DNA from: Chloroflexi bacterium ADurb.Bin180
Lineage (GTDB): Bacteria > Chloroflexota > Anaerolineae > UBA2200
Assembly: GCA_002070215.1 (NCBI GenBank)
Contig: MWCV01000002.1
Coordinates: 34,952 to 98,951 of the forward strand
Length of the DNA stretch: 64,000 nucleotides
Direction: 5' to 3'
Shown: piece after piece, positions 8,756-19,400 of the stretch
Numbering within the stretch: position 1 is the first letter of the stretch
Layout of the letters: each line of letters starts with the position of its first letter
Position numbers and translations under genes: made by a program
Notes under the pieces: generated by a model
Databases searched by the model: none
Seen by the model: only the letters and a program-made list of their open reading frames with translations
What the model was told of the DNA's origin: nothing

Positions 8756-9541
8756 ATGATCCTTATTACCAACGATGATGGCATTGATTCCCCCGGTCTG
8801 ATAGCCGCCGCCCACGCTGTCAGCGACCTTGGCGAGATCTGGCTGACGGCTCCCAGCACGCAGCAATCCGGCTCCGGCCGGAGCATCCCTATGCGCACCT
8901 CCAAGATCCACGAGATGCACCGGGAACTGAATGGGACAGCCGTTCCGGCGCTATCGGTTGAGGGTTCTCCGGCTCTCGCGGTCAGGCTGGCCTTGCTCTG
9001 CTTTCTGCCGCGCAGCCCCGACCTGGTCATCTCGGGCATCAACTATGGCGAGAACGTGGGCGGGTCCGTCACCATTTCCGGCACCGTGGGAGCTGCCATC
9101 GAAGCTGCCAGCTATGGTGTGCCGACCCTGGCCGCCGCTCTCGAAACCGAGCCCAAGTATCATCAGAGCCAAAGTGCGGAGGTGGATTTCTCCGTATCGG
9201 CCTCTTTCGTCCGCCGCGTCTCCCAATGGCTCTTGAAGGAGGGGATGCCGCGCTCGGTCGACGTACTCAAGCTTGATGTGCCCTGGGCTGCTCGCACCGA
9301 CACCCCAATCCGCGTGACCCGCGTGTCGCGGCACCCCTACTGGGTTTCACCAGTGGTAACGGACGAATCCGGACGCAGGCGGCTCCATGGCTACGAGAGA
9401 CAGGTCGACCTCTCAACTCTCGAGCCGGACTCGGATATCTATGCGCTGGCGGTCGACCACGTCGTCTCACTCAGCCCGCTTACCATCGATCTCACTGCTC
9501 GGGTGCACCTTGAATCGCTGGCGGGCCTCCAGCAACTCTAG
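8756..9541 (+). CDS. surE: 5'/3'-nucleotidase SurE
   Basis: MILITNDDGIDSPGL..GSGRSI is the canonical SurE N-terminus. I chose the ATG at 8756 inside the ORF-track ORF 8561..9541. Confidence 0.9.
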   Translation: MILITNDDGIDSPGLIAAAHAVSDLGEIWLTAPSTQQSGSGRSIPMRTSKIHEMHRELNGTAVPALSVEGSPALAVRLALLCFLPRSPDLVISGINYGENVGGSVTISGTVGAAIEAASYGVPTLAAALETEPKYHQSQSAEVDFSVSASFVRRVSQWLLKEGMPRSVDVLKLDVPWAARTDTPIRVTRVSRHPYWVSPVVTDESGRRRLHGYERQVDLSTLEPDSDIYALAVDHVVSLSPLTIDLTARVHLESLAGLQQL

Positions 9542-9638
9542 CCTCCGGCCCGCCGGGCTACCTTTGGCGGCAGCCTTGTCCGGGCGTACAATTATCGCTG
9601 GCAGTGCCCGGCAGGATCGACGCCACAGGAGTTGAGGC

Positions 9639-10703
9639 TTGATCGAACTGGTGGCTGCACTGGCTGTCGTCAGTCTGTTGATCGTGGTACACGAGCTTGG
9701 TCATCTCGTCGTAGCCAAGCATCTCGGGTTGCGCGTCGACGAGTTTGCCCTGGGTTATCCCCCACGACTGTTCACCCTGTTCCGCGTCGCCGACACGGAG
9801 TACACTCTGAACCTCATTCCATTCGGCGCCTATGTTCGCCTGCCTGAGGAGGCCGAGCCTCACCGGTTGCTCAACAACCGGCCGGCCATTCAACGTGCGG
9901 CATTCTTGCTCGCCGGTCCCTTCCTCAACCTGCTGCTGGCGCTGGTGCTCTTCACTGTCTGTTTTGCCACCGGTTGGCCTGAGGCACACGACCTGGCCGT
10001 TGCGGTGAACAAGGTACTCCCGGGCTCGGTTGGCGAGGCCGTCGGGTTCCGCGACAACGACCTCATTCTGGCCGTCGACGACCGGCCAGTCTCCAGCGTG
10101 CTGGAACTGGTAGTGTACGCTCGTTCGGTCAGCGGAGCTGTCCGGAGCGCCACCCTGCGCCGTGAAGGCCGCAGGATCACCCTTCGCCTGCCGGCGGGAG
10201 GAGCGTGGTTCACCAAGACCGAGTCCCGCGGGGTGGACCTTCGCAACGGCGCCGGCTGGGTCGAGACCGTTGCTTACCCCCTGCCACAGGCGCTCATTCG
10301 TGGCACCGGAGAAGCCTTCTCCTGCGTCACATCACTGTTGCTGCTGCTGGTCGACATTCTGCGCGGCTTGATCCCGGTTGACCTGGTGCGCCCTGTCGGG
10401 CCAGTCGGGATCGCCCAGCTCGCCGGCCGCGCCACCACTGAGGCGCTGGCCAGCGGCTGGTGGTTCCCCCTGCTACAACTCACGGCCACGCTCAGTGGTG
10501 CTCTGGCCGCCACCAATCTCCTGCCTCTGCCGGGGTTTGACGGGGGACGATTGCTCTTTGTCCTGCTGGAGGCATTGCGAGGCAAGAGAATAAGCCCCAG
10601 GCGCGAAAGTCTGGTTCACCTGATAGGGCTGATCCTCATGCTCATGTTGATCCTGATCATAAGCTACTATGATATCACCCGGCCTATCCAGGTACACCGG
10701 TGA
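9639..10703 (+). CDS. rseP: Site-2 protease RseP (M50 zinc metalloprotease with PDZ domain)
   Basis: HELGH zinc motif inside TM1, a PDZ segment (PGSVGEAVGFRDNDLILAVDDRPV) and a C-terminal LPLPGFDGG motif. TTG start. Confidence 0.88.
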   Translation: MIELVAALAVVSLLIVVHELGHLVVAKHLGLRVDEFALGYPPRLFTLFRVADTEYTLNLIPFGAYVRLPEEAEPHRLLNNRPAIQRAAFLLAGPFLNLLLALVLFTVCFATGWPEAHDLAVAVNKVLPGSVGEAVGFRDNDLILAVDDRPVSSVLELVVYARSVSGAVRSATLRREGRRITLRLPAGGAWFTKTESRGVDLRNGAGWVETVAYPLPQALIRGTGEAFSCVTSLLLLLVDILRGLIPVDLVRPVGPVGIAQLAGRATTEALASGWWFPLLQLTATLSGALAATNLLPLPGFDGGRLLFVLLEALRGKRISPRRESLVHLIGLILMLMLILIISYYDITRPIQVHR

Positions 10704-10770
10704 TTGCGCCGTTTCGCAAATGTCAGCCTTGTGCTATTGCTTCCGCGGTATTGACCGTCGTTCTTTTTGT

Positions 10771-10799
10771 TTGACAAACCAGGGTCGGCGGTCTAGAAT
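10771..10799 (+). promoter_or_regulatory. Near-consensus sigma70 promoter (TTGACA-17-TAGAAT) ~250 nt upstream of the M6 protease gene
   Basis: TTGACA at 10771-10776 and TAGAAT at 10794-10799. It implies an unusually long (~245 nt) GC-rich leader with several short hairpins. Confidence 0.45.
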
Positions 10800-11051
10800 C
10801 GGGCCAGCAAGCCAAGTCTGCACTTGGCCTCTATCACCCAAGCTGTGGCACAACACGCGTCCGCAATCGCTGCACCACCGGGCTCGTGTCCTCTCCAATG
10901 CCGACAGTATCGCGTCGCACGGGCACCCGGCCCATGAAAGCGGAGAATGGAAGGAGGTGGTGCTATCCGGCAGGTTCGCACGATTCGCATCCGCATCTGC
11001 GGCCCGCCCCTGCGGGGGATTTATCACCACACGCATTGAAAGGGGAACCTG

Positions 11052-14000
11052 ATGAGAAGATCTCTGGTCTTGCTGATTGTCGTCGCTCTCCTGATCACTA
11101 TGGTTCCAATGGCTGTGACTGCCAAACCTCCACTTCCCGAGCCCGAACCGGAGAAGGTAGTCAGGTCGACGTTCTCCAAGCCCAAGGACATTCCGAACCC
11201 CATCGACGCTGCCCGGCTGGCCAAGCGCGAAGACCTGCTCCTGCAGGGCAAGACAGCCGAAGCTGCTGCCCTGGCCAAGACCGGCAAAGATAACCTGCTG
11301 GTTATTCTGGTCGAGTTCGGCGGCTCGGACACCGTGACCTGGAATCCGGGCGACATGTGGGATCCAATCGGCAATCCCGACCCGGAAGACTATGAGGCGT
11401 ACGGGGACTGCTCTGGCATCATCACCGAGGCCACCCAGTTCACCTACACCGGCCCGCTGCACAACCAGTTGCCAAGGCCCCCGTCGATCACTCACCGCGC
11501 CTACAACTCTATCTGGACCGAGGATTTTAGCACCGAGTATTACTACGACCTGCTCTTTGGCGACGGCGTCTATGTGCAGTACACGACCGTAGACGGCACG
11601 CCAGTCACTATCGACCTGCGTGGCTATAGCCTGCGCAAGTATTACGAGGAGCAGTCCAGAGGCATGTACACCGTCGACGGCGACGTCGTCGGCTGGGTGC
11701 AGGTGCCTCACTCTGAAGCCTACTATGGTGCCGACGCCTGCCCGGGCGGACGCTCCGCTGGCTACTCCGGATTGGCTGATGGCTACTTCCCCGGTGGAGG
11801 GGACCTGCCATCGGATGCCATCGATGCTGTCGCCGCGGCCTATCCCGACTTTGACTGGGCCAAGTACGACCAGGACGGAGATGGAGTTCTCGACCGCGTT
11901 ATGTTCGTACACGCGGGCTATGGTGAGGAGGACAGCACCGCGCTGCTCAAGTTCTCCGGCATTGGTGAAATGGCCGTCTGGTCGCACAGCTCATCGGTCT
12001 GGCCATACAAGCCTATCGGCAGCACCGGCTTCAAGCTGGGTCCCTACACCATGATGCCCGAGAACGGACTCACCGGCGTCTTTGCCCACGAATTTGCCCA
12101 CAACCTTGGCACCGTGGATCTCTACGCCTACCAGGGCGGGGAATCGTCATCCGGCTTCTGGAGCATCATGAATGACGACTGGGGCGGAGGATTCCCGGAC
12201 AGCGCTGTGCCGCCCGGACTCGATCCCTGGCACAAGTACCTGCTGGGCTGGAACGACCCCGTCGTGCTGAACGTTATGAGCCCCGAGACCGAAGTGGTGC
12301 TCGGCCAGTCCGCTGTCAAGCCAGAGGGAACCGAGGACTCGGTCATCATCAATCTGCCTTCGCAGATTGAGCAGCCAGTCCCACCGGCCTCCGGAACATA
12401 TGCGTACTGGGGTGGCCAGACTGCCTACAGGGATGCGCAACTGACCATTGCCGCTCCGTTGGATTTCAGTGCCGCAGCCAGTCCCGCCCTCACCTTCAAG
12501 ACCTGGTACGACATTGAGGAGGGCTGGGACTTTGGCTTTGTGCAAGCCTCAACCGACGGTGGCGCCACCTGGACATCGCTCTCCGGCACAACTACCACCT
12601 CCGACGTTGACCCAGACTGTTTCTTCGCCGATGAGGTACCTGGCTACACTGGATACAGCGATGGCTGGCTGGAAGAGACGGTCGACCTCGGCGCCTACGC
12701 GGGTAAGCCGGCAGTCCTGCTGCGCTTCCGCTACGAAACCGACCCGGCCACACTGGGCCTGGGCTGGTTCATCGACGACGTCGCGGTCAAGGACGGGCCC
12801 CAAGTTCTGTTCTCTGACGGCTTTGAGGGTGCGGACAAGTGGGTCGTCAATGACTGGATCAAGACCGACGGCTACTTTGTCTACCCGCACTACTACATTG
12901 CCGAGTGGCGCAATGCCTCTGGCTTTGACAAGGGTCTGGTAGACGGCCGCTACCATATCAAGGACTTTGGCATGCTGCTCTGGTACCGCAACACCAAGTA
13001 CAAGGAAGCCGAAGTGATGAACCATCTGGCCGATCCGCCGGCCTTTGGTGCCAAGGGCTCCTGTCTCCTGGTGGATGCGCACTTTGAGCCGATCCGCTAC
13101 TCCAAGTCAGACTATGTGAACGAAGTTGCGAACATCTACGCCCGCATCCAGATGCGCGACGCTGCGTTCGGTCTGCGCGACACTCAGCCGTTCCACGTCG
13201 ACCCGCGCCTGCTGCTGGGCAACCAAGATGAGGAACTGCCCTCACGACCGGCTGTGCCCGCCTTCCACGACTCGCTGGGCTACTACCCGGGTGTGGAGTA
13301 CGTGCAGCGCGGCCCCGGCGATCCTCGCATTGCGTGGTTCACCAGGCACTGGGACGCCAGCGTGGTAATCCCGGCCAAGGGCGACTATGGCATTGCACCG
13401 CCAGAGTACAAGGAGGGTGAGCCGATCCGCTTTGGCGGCGAAGCCGCCTCTGGCGGCCGCTCTGCCTGGTACTGGTATCCGGCCGGCGTAGGCTATGGCG
13501 GCACCACGGGCAACCCCGCTGAGAACGCCTACGGTGTGCACATCAAGGTAGTTGAAGAAGCCGCCGACCTGTCCTGGGGCAAGGTGGTAGTCTGGAACAA
13601 CACCGACACCTTCCTCGGTGAGATGACTGTGGACAAGGAAACAGCGGCTCCTGGCGACGTACTGACCTACCAGATCCACATCAAGGATGCCGCCAGCGTC
13701 AGCGCCCTCGGCACCATCGAGATCCCCATCCCCAAGGGCACCACCTTTGTCCAGGGGTCCCTGAAGGGCGCTCAGTTCTATACTGACCCGCTGGGTCGGC
13801 GCGATATGTCGGATCGTGGCGCGGTGCTGTGGGGCGGCCGCATTGGCGGCAAGACGCTTCACCAGCCCGATGCCAACATCACCTATCAGGTCAAGGTCGA
13901 TCCCACCACCACCGGTCCCATCGTCAATGAGGCGATCGTTAGCATCCGCGGCCGGACGAGCTACCGACTCACTGCAGAGACCAAGCTGCCGTGGGTGACC

Positions 14001-14312
14001 GCCACCCTGGCGGCGCCCGGCTTTGTCGGCACGAGAGCTCCCATCCGCTACACGATCACCGTCAAGAACGAGAGCGGCGCAACGCTCACCGGTGTCAAGG
14101 TAGCAGCGTCATGGATCGGCCCGGCATACATCAACTGGCCGAATCCAAGCTCGTGGACCATCGCTTCGCTCGCGCCTGGCGAGACCTGGACTCAGGGCTT
14201 TACCCTGTTCACCTTCTCAACGGCAACAGGGCAGGTCCAGACCAGGGTCGAAGTGACCCATCCGTGGATTGAGCCAGCAACGGCCTCCGCGGTGACGGTC
14301 ATCGTTCGCTAA
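11052..14312 (+). CDS. Secreted M6-family metalloprotease (immune inhibitor A / InhA-like) with C-terminal beta-sandwich and DUF11-like domains
   Basis: Signal peptide MRRSLVLLIVVALLITMVPMAVTA. HEFAH zinc-binding HExxH motif (VFAHEFAHNLG). The N-terminal region is typical of InhA (LLVILVEFGG...). The C-terminal part has a DUF11-like segment (TYQIHIKDAASVSALGTIEIPIPKGTTFV). The minus-strand ORF 10734..11987 is antisense noise. Confidence 0.85.
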   Translation: MRRSLVLLIVVALLITMVPMAVTAKPPLPEPEPEKVVRSTFSKPKDIPNPIDAARLAKREDLLLQGKTAEAAALAKTGKDNLLVILVEFGGSDTVTWNPGDMWDPIGNPDPEDYEAYGDCSGIITEATQFTYTGPLHNQLPRPPSITHRAYNSIWTEDFSTEYYYDLLFGDGVYVQYTTVDGTPVTIDLRGYSLRKYYEEQSRGMYTVDGDVVGWVQVPHSEAYYGADACPGGRSAGYSGLADGYFPGGGDLPSDAIDAVAAAYPDFDWAKYDQDGDGVLDRVMFVHAGYGEEDSTALLKFSGIGEMAVWSHSSSVWPYKPIGSTGFKLGPYTMMPENGLTGVFAHEFAHNLGTVDLYAYQGGESSSGFWSIMNDDWGGGFPDSAVPPGLDPWHKYLLGWNDPVVLNVMSPETEVVLGQSAVKPEGTEDSVIINLPSQIEQPVPPASGTYAYWGGQTAYRDAQLTIAAPLDFSAAASPALTFKTWYDIEEGWDFGFVQASTDGGATWTSLSGTTTTSDVDPDCFFADEVPGYTGYSDGWLEETVDLGAYAGKPAVLLRFRYETDPATLGLGWFIDDVAVKDGPQVLFSDGFEGADKWVVNDWIKTDGYFVYPHYYIAEWRNASGFDKGLVDGRYHIKDFGMLLWYRNTKYKEAEVMNHLADPPAFGAKGSCLLVDAHFEPIRYSKSDYVNEVANIYARIQMRDAAFGLRDTQPFHVDPRLLLGNQDEELPSRPAVPAFHDSLGYYPGVEYVQRGPGDPRIAWFTRHWDASVVIPAKGDYGIAPPEYKEGEPIRFGGEAASGGRSAWYWYPAGVGYGGTTGNPAENAYGVHIKVVEEAADLSWGKVVVWNNTDTFLGEMTVDKETAAPGDVLTYQIHIKDAASVSALGTIEIPIPKGTTFVQGSLKGAQFYTDPLGRRDMSDRGAVLWGGRIGGKTLHQPDANITYQVKVDPTTTGPIVNEAIVSIRGRTSYRLTAETKLPWVTATLAAPGFVGTRAPIRYTITVKNESGATLTGVKVAASWIGPAYINWPNPSSWTIASLAPGETWTQGFTLFTFSTATGQVQTRVEVTHPWIEPATASAVTVIVR

Positions 14313-14325
14313 GTTGTGTCTATAC

Positions 14326-14363
14326 GAATCTGGTCCTGCGGCTTTCGCCACAGGACCAGATTC
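14326..14363 (+). terminator. GC-rich terminator hairpin after the M6 protease gene (13-bp perfect stem)
   Basis: GAATCTGGTCCTG-cggctttcgcca-CAGGACCAGATTC, 14 nt after the stop codon. There is no clear U tract. Confidence 0.45.
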
Positions 14364-14384
14364 GGCCCATCTCACGGCGATACG

Positions 14385-14418
14385 GGAGGCTAATGGCAGC
14401 AGCTACCCATTAGCCTCC
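14385..14418 (+). terminator. Second hairpin (12-bp perfect stem) followed by TTT, immediately upstream of the subtilase start; terminator or attenuator
   Basis: GGAGGCTAATGG-cagcagctac-CCATTAGCCTCC-TTT. The 12-mer CTTTCGCCACAG occurs after both hairpins (14341-14352 and 14417-14428). Confidence 0.35.
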
Positions 14419-14437
14419 TTTCGCCACAGCATCTAGA

Positions 14438-16342
14438 ATGGCGCCTTCACTCACTCGTTCGCCACGATTTCAAGTTGCGTGTTGCCTGGCCGTCGCCCTG
14501 CTGTTTCAGGCCACGACGGCCCTCAACGCCGCACGTCCATCGACCCCGGCCGTCGCGCTTGAGGTGGCTTCTGCCGCCACGGGCCAGATCATCGTCAAGC
14601 TCCGCAGAGGCACCTCTTTGTCCCGCGTGGCCAGCCAACTGTCATCGCGCACGCAAGGTACGCTGGCTTCAATTCCACACCTCGGAGTGGTGCTGCTACA
14701 GGTCTCTCCCGGAGCCGAGTCGGCAACGGCCAACGAATTACGCCGACACTCCGACATCGAATGGGTGGAACTCAACCACCGTGCCCAAACCACTGCCGCT
14801 CCCGGTGAGCTCACCGTGGCTCTGCCTGACGATCCCATGCTGTCACAGCAGTGGCCGTTGTCCATCATCCATGCCCCGGAAGCATGGTCCATCACTCACA
14901 GTCGAGACATGATCATTGCCATTCTCGACACCGGCACCTATCTGAACCATCCGGACCTGGTGAATGTGCTCTGGACGAACCCGGGCGAGATACCGGCCAA
15001 CGGGCTGGACGACGACGGCAATGGCTGCGTGGACGACGTTCATGGCTGGCATTACTTCACCCAGTGTGACACCGGTGTGTGCGTGCCATCCCAGAACCGG
15101 CTCATTGGTGACGACAATGGGCACGGCACCCACGTTGCCGGAACGGCTGCTGCTGAGACCAACAATGGCATGGGCATCGCCGGGGTGTCCTGGGGGGCTC
15201 GTCTGATGACCGTCAAAGTGCTGGACCAAGACGGTGACGGTTGGTATTTTGACATCGCTGCCGGCATAGTGTATGCCGCCGACAACGGAGCCCAGATCAT
15301 CAACCTCAGTCTGGGCGGCTCATCACCCTCCCAGCTTCTGCAAGATGCGGTCGACTACGCCCACGCCAAAGGTTCGCTGCTGGTGGCCGCCTCAGGCAAC
15401 AACGGCGGAGCGGTCTACTACCCCGGCGCCTGCCAGAACGTCCTCACTGTTGCCGCCACAGATGCCCAGGACAACCGGCTGCCCTTCTCGAACCAGGGCC
15501 CGCAGGTCGATATCGCTGCCCCGGGTGATTATCTCATCAGTACCTGGTATCTTCCTTCTATCCCCTATCGTCTGGCCCATGGTACTTCTATGGCTGCGCC
15601 TCATGTTTCCGGCGCGGCGGCGCTCCTGTGGACCTGGCGCCCCGACTGGACAAACGACCAGATCCAGCAGCGCCTGCTGCAGCAAGCCGACGATGTGAAC
15701 AGCTCTCTTTACCCCGGCTTCGACCCGCTGATCGGCTGGGGCAGGCTCAACATCCAGCGCGCGCTCGAAGGCCTCGAGCAGGGCCCAACTCCTACCCCTA
15801 CGACGAGTGCCACTCCAACGCGCACTCCGACTTGTACCACAACGCCCAGCCCCACCTGCACCCCCTCGCCCACGGTGACTGTCACTACGGCGATGGTCTC
15901 CGGCCTGGCGTGGCGAGATGACGATGCCAACCGCGCCCGTGACCCCGGCGAACCGCCGCTAGCAGGGGTGACCATCATCTTGAAAGATGCCGATCACCAG
16001 GAGCTCGCCAGGCAGGTCACCGGCCTCGACGGCACCTACGCGTTCACCAGTCTGCCGGCTGACAGCTATGTCCTCACGAGAGAGGACCCTCTGGGATATA
16101 CAGTCACCTATCCCGTTGCCGGCTCATACGTGTTCTGCCTGCTGCAAGGTGAGCAGCTTACGGAAATGAACTTTGGCTTTGCCCTCTGGCCAACTCCCAC
16201 TCCGACCGCTTCGCCCTCCCCTACCTGCACGCGGCTGCCAACCGCCACTCCAACCTCTTCCCCTACTCTGACACCGACTAGCACGGTAACGCCGGTCCTT
16301 CGGCTCTACATTCCCGAGTTCCTTTTTGCGCTGGAGAACTAA
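14438..16342 (+). CDS. Secreted subtilisin-like serine protease (S8) with I9 propeptide and C-terminal PT linkers plus a Cna-B/SdrD-type domain
   Basis: Signal peptide. Catalytic triad regions AILDTGT (Asp), HGTHVAGTAAA (His) and HGTSMAAPHVSGAAALL (Ser). PTPTPTT linkers. C-terminal SGLAWRDDDANRARDPGEPPLAGVTIILKD, a B-type/CarboxypepD_reg-like fold. Confidence 0.88.
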   Translation: MAPSLTRSPRFQVACCLAVALLFQATTALNAARPSTPAVALEVASAATGQIIVKLRRGTSLSRVASQLSSRTQGTLASIPHLGVVLLQVSPGAESATANELRRHSDIEWVELNHRAQTTAAPGELTVALPDDPMLSQQWPLSIIHAPEAWSITHSRDMIIAILDTGTYLNHPDLVNVLWTNPGEIPANGLDDDGNGCVDDVHGWHYFTQCDTGVCVPSQNRLIGDDNGHGTHVAGTAAAETNNGMGIAGVSWGARLMTVKVLDQDGDGWYFDIAAGIVYAADNGAQIINLSLGGSSPSQLLQDAVDYAHAKGSLLVAASGNNGGAVYYPGACQNVLTVAATDAQDNRLPFSNQGPQVDIAAPGDYLISTWYLPSIPYRLAHGTSMAAPHVSGAAALLWTWRPDWTNDQIQQRLLQQADDVNSSLYPGFDPLIGWGRLNIQRALEGLEQGPTPTPTTSATPTRTPTCTTTPSPTCTPSPTVTVTTAMVSGLAWRDDDANRARDPGEPPLAGVTIILKDADHQELARQVTGLDGTYAFTSLPADSYVLTREDPLGYTVTYPVAGSYVFCLLQGEQLTEMNFGFALWPTPTPTASPSPTCTRLPTATPTSSPTLTPTSTVTPVLRLYIPEFLFALEN

Positions 16343-16400
16343 CACTCTCGAGCGTCCGCCAGACCATGCACATTGTCCGGCGTTGCCCGATCCGTGGGCA

Positions 16401-16433
16401 AAAAACGAGCCCCGGTGGTGTGCCCGGGGCTCC
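16401..16433 (-). terminator. Rho-independent terminator for the 1,666-aa surface-protein gene, possibly bidirectional
   Basis: Read on the minus strand: GAGCCCCGG-gcacacca-CCGGGGCTC followed by GTTTTTTG. It lies between the convergent genes ending at 16342 and 16463. Confidence 0.6.
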
Positions 16434-16462
16434 CTAGCGTTAGCTCTAGACCGTTCTACTCA

Positions 16463-19400
16463 TCAGGGCATGAACCTGCGCCGTGTAATCAACGGCAGGT
16501 TCAGGTAGTGGTACACCGGCGGCTCGGTGAAGAACACGTAGGTGTAGCCCTGTCTATAGTTCGGCGTGATCGCCCGCACCAGCGCCGTGTGCGGCACCAC
16601 GTCCGACGTCAGGATGGCAAAGGCCAGACCGTCCAGCGCCGTGGTCGTGGTGTACATACTGTTGCCGTCCTGGAAGTGACCATAGTCAGTCACGAACGTC
16701 ACGGTCACTCCAGCGCCGACATCGTTGTGGTACTCGTCAAAGACCCTTGCTGTCACCTGAGTGCTCGTATGGCCGCCAGCCACGATGGTTGGCGGGTAAG
16801 CCCATACTTCGAGCAGCCACGGATCGCCAGGCTTGAAGTAGGCTTTGGCTGTGCCAACGGCCGAACCCGACGTACCGCTGATGACCACCGTGCCGGCCAC
16901 CGATTGCGAGGTCAGAGTGGCAGTCACCAGACCGTTCAAAGTGGTCAGGTCGACGAACCAGTTGCCAGACTCGAGGAAGAGTCCCTTGTCGGTCTTGAGC
17001 CGAATGGTGGTCCCGTCCTCAACCGGTGTAGTGCTGCAGTCCTGCACGTTGGCCACCACCGTGATGTTGTAGCCGTTCACATCTCCGTTCAGCGGGATCT
17101 CGGCCGGATCAACCGACACCAGGATGATGCTCGCCGCGCCCGGCCGTACATTCAGGTTGACAAACCCTGGCATCGCCGTGCCGGAGGTACCGATGATTTG
17201 CTCCAGGCCCGATGGCCAGTACGGCGGCTCGATTCTCTTGTTCTGATTGGCCCTTACTGTCGCCGTCACAATGCCATTCTTGGTAAAGAGCAGGTACTGA
17301 GACAGGCTCACCATGCCGTACTGCGGTGTAAGCAAGACCGGCGTATTGTCTCTCACCAGATTGTTGCAGACGTCACGAACCGTCCCCGTGACGACTGCCG
17401 TCCCACCGCAGTTCATGATGTCGGTTGGCGAAATGCTCAGGCTCACGCGGTCCGGAATACCTGGCTCGATCACAACCACCGTGCTAAAAGTGCGCCCGTC
17501 CGCCTCGGCGCTCACATCCAGCGGGCCCACGGTACAACCACAGCGCAGCGAGCTATAGGCAAACCCACCATCGGTGGTCGTCACCGTCGGCGAGATCAGC
17601 GCGCCGGCGCCCACGGTGAACGTGACCACAGTACCATTGGCCACGTTGTTCCCGGCGCAGTCCCGTACACGCGCCTCAACGATGCTGTCCGGACCATTCG
17701 CCGAAGGCGTCGGTGTGAAGCGGAAGGCAACGCTGTCGGCGAGCCCGACCAGCAGCGTCAGACGATGCTGCCAGTCCACTCGCCGAGTCTCGCGACGCGC
17801 GAGGATGTACACGTCAAGGTACGGCTGCCCGAACATATAGGACTTGGTGCGCACCACTGTAGTGGCGATGCCGTTGACAGTGCTCGTGAGCCGTGGGTAG
17901 GCGTCACCACGCTCGCCCTGCACGATGTTAAAGTTCACTTCTGTGCCGTCTTCCACCAGGTTGCCAAACTCGTCCGATATGGTCGCCGTGACCACTGCCT
18001 CCCCGCCGCAGACCATCGCCGACGCCGGGAAGGCCGCGGAGGTAATGGTGTAAGGCAGGCCGGGCTTGAAGTAGACCTGAACGGTCGCCGTCGGCCGGCC
18101 AGTAGTGGTGATCTCGGCCGTCACCGTAGCCGTCATCACTGTTTCCGTTGACGCCAGCCAGCCTGTGCCAAAACCGTTGCTGGTGGTGATGACCACTCCG
18201 GTACCGGTAGCGCCGTTAGGCGCCCGCAGAGAACCAGCATCCGTTGTCAGGGTAACTGCTGCACCGCTGACGAGGTTCGCGTATATATCTGTCACCGTCA
18301 CCCGCAGCGTTGTCGAGATGTTGCCATGGCTCACCGGAATCACCATCGGATTGGCCGTGATCGTTACCGAGTAGGGTTCCAGCGCCAGCACCTGCACTCG
18401 GCCCGCGCCCTTCGCTGTGCCAGACGTTGCGGTGATGAACGTTGTCCCAGCAACTGTACCGCCCTGCAGCGTGGTGACGACAAGACCGCCCAGCGTCACT
18501 CCGCTAAAGCTCGCCGTACCACCCGGCAGGAACACGGTTCCAGGCAGGCTGGTGACCATGTTGACCGCTGTACCATCCAGCACCGGATGGTGATACATAT
18601 CTTTGACTTCAGCCGTGATCACCGCCGTAGATACCCCGTCGGCCATGATCTCCGTGGGAAAGGCCGTGACAGTGATCACCGCTGGCGGATTGGGCACCAC
18701 GCTTACTGTCTCACCCCAGCCATCGTTGCCAGCAGCACCGTCAAAGATCTGCGTATCAATCAAAGCAACGTTGGTGCGCAGCTCGGGCGTAGAAGGCCAG
18801 CTATAAGCTGGATCGGGCTTGGCCACCAGAGTAATCACCCCGGTTGCGCCGGGCGCGAGGTTGCCCACCGGCCAGGTATAGGTCAGCGGTGGAATCACCG
18901 TGTACGCCGGGAGGGTCGGCGTCGAGCGAGTGCGAACCAACAGAAAGCCGTCGGGCAGCGCGTCGGTGACCACTGTGCCAGTAGCCACTGCCGCTCCAAG
19001 GTTGCCATAGGTGATGGTGTAGGTGATTTCTTTGCCAGGGCTGACGGTCCCTACCGAAGCACTCTTGCGAACCCACACATCAGAGCCCATAAAGGTAACG
19101 TGAGCATGCTCCATCAGGAACGGGTAGACCGTTGGCGGGGTAGCGGCCAGGATGATCCGGCCGTTATAGACGCTGCCCCAGATGGTAGCCGTGTTCGAAA
19201 TCGGGGTGGAGCGCAGTGTGGCCAGGAGCTGACCGTTGGCCCCCACCGTTCCACCGGCCCGGAACGCATCCGCCCAGATGGGCCCTGGCGAAGCTGCGTT
19301 CATGCGCACTTCAATCGAGTGCACGCCTGTGGCGCTGAGGCCGGTCTTGATGACCTCTTCTACGCCCCACTCGCCGCCGGGGAAAGCGCTGGACATGTCG

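Noticed and set aside
10734-11987. 417-aa ORF on the minus strand overlapping the M6 protease gene
   Set aside because: It is fully antisense to a gene with strong homology (HEFAH protease). The translation is low-complexity Arg/Gly/Ala-rich, which is typical GC-rich antisense noise.
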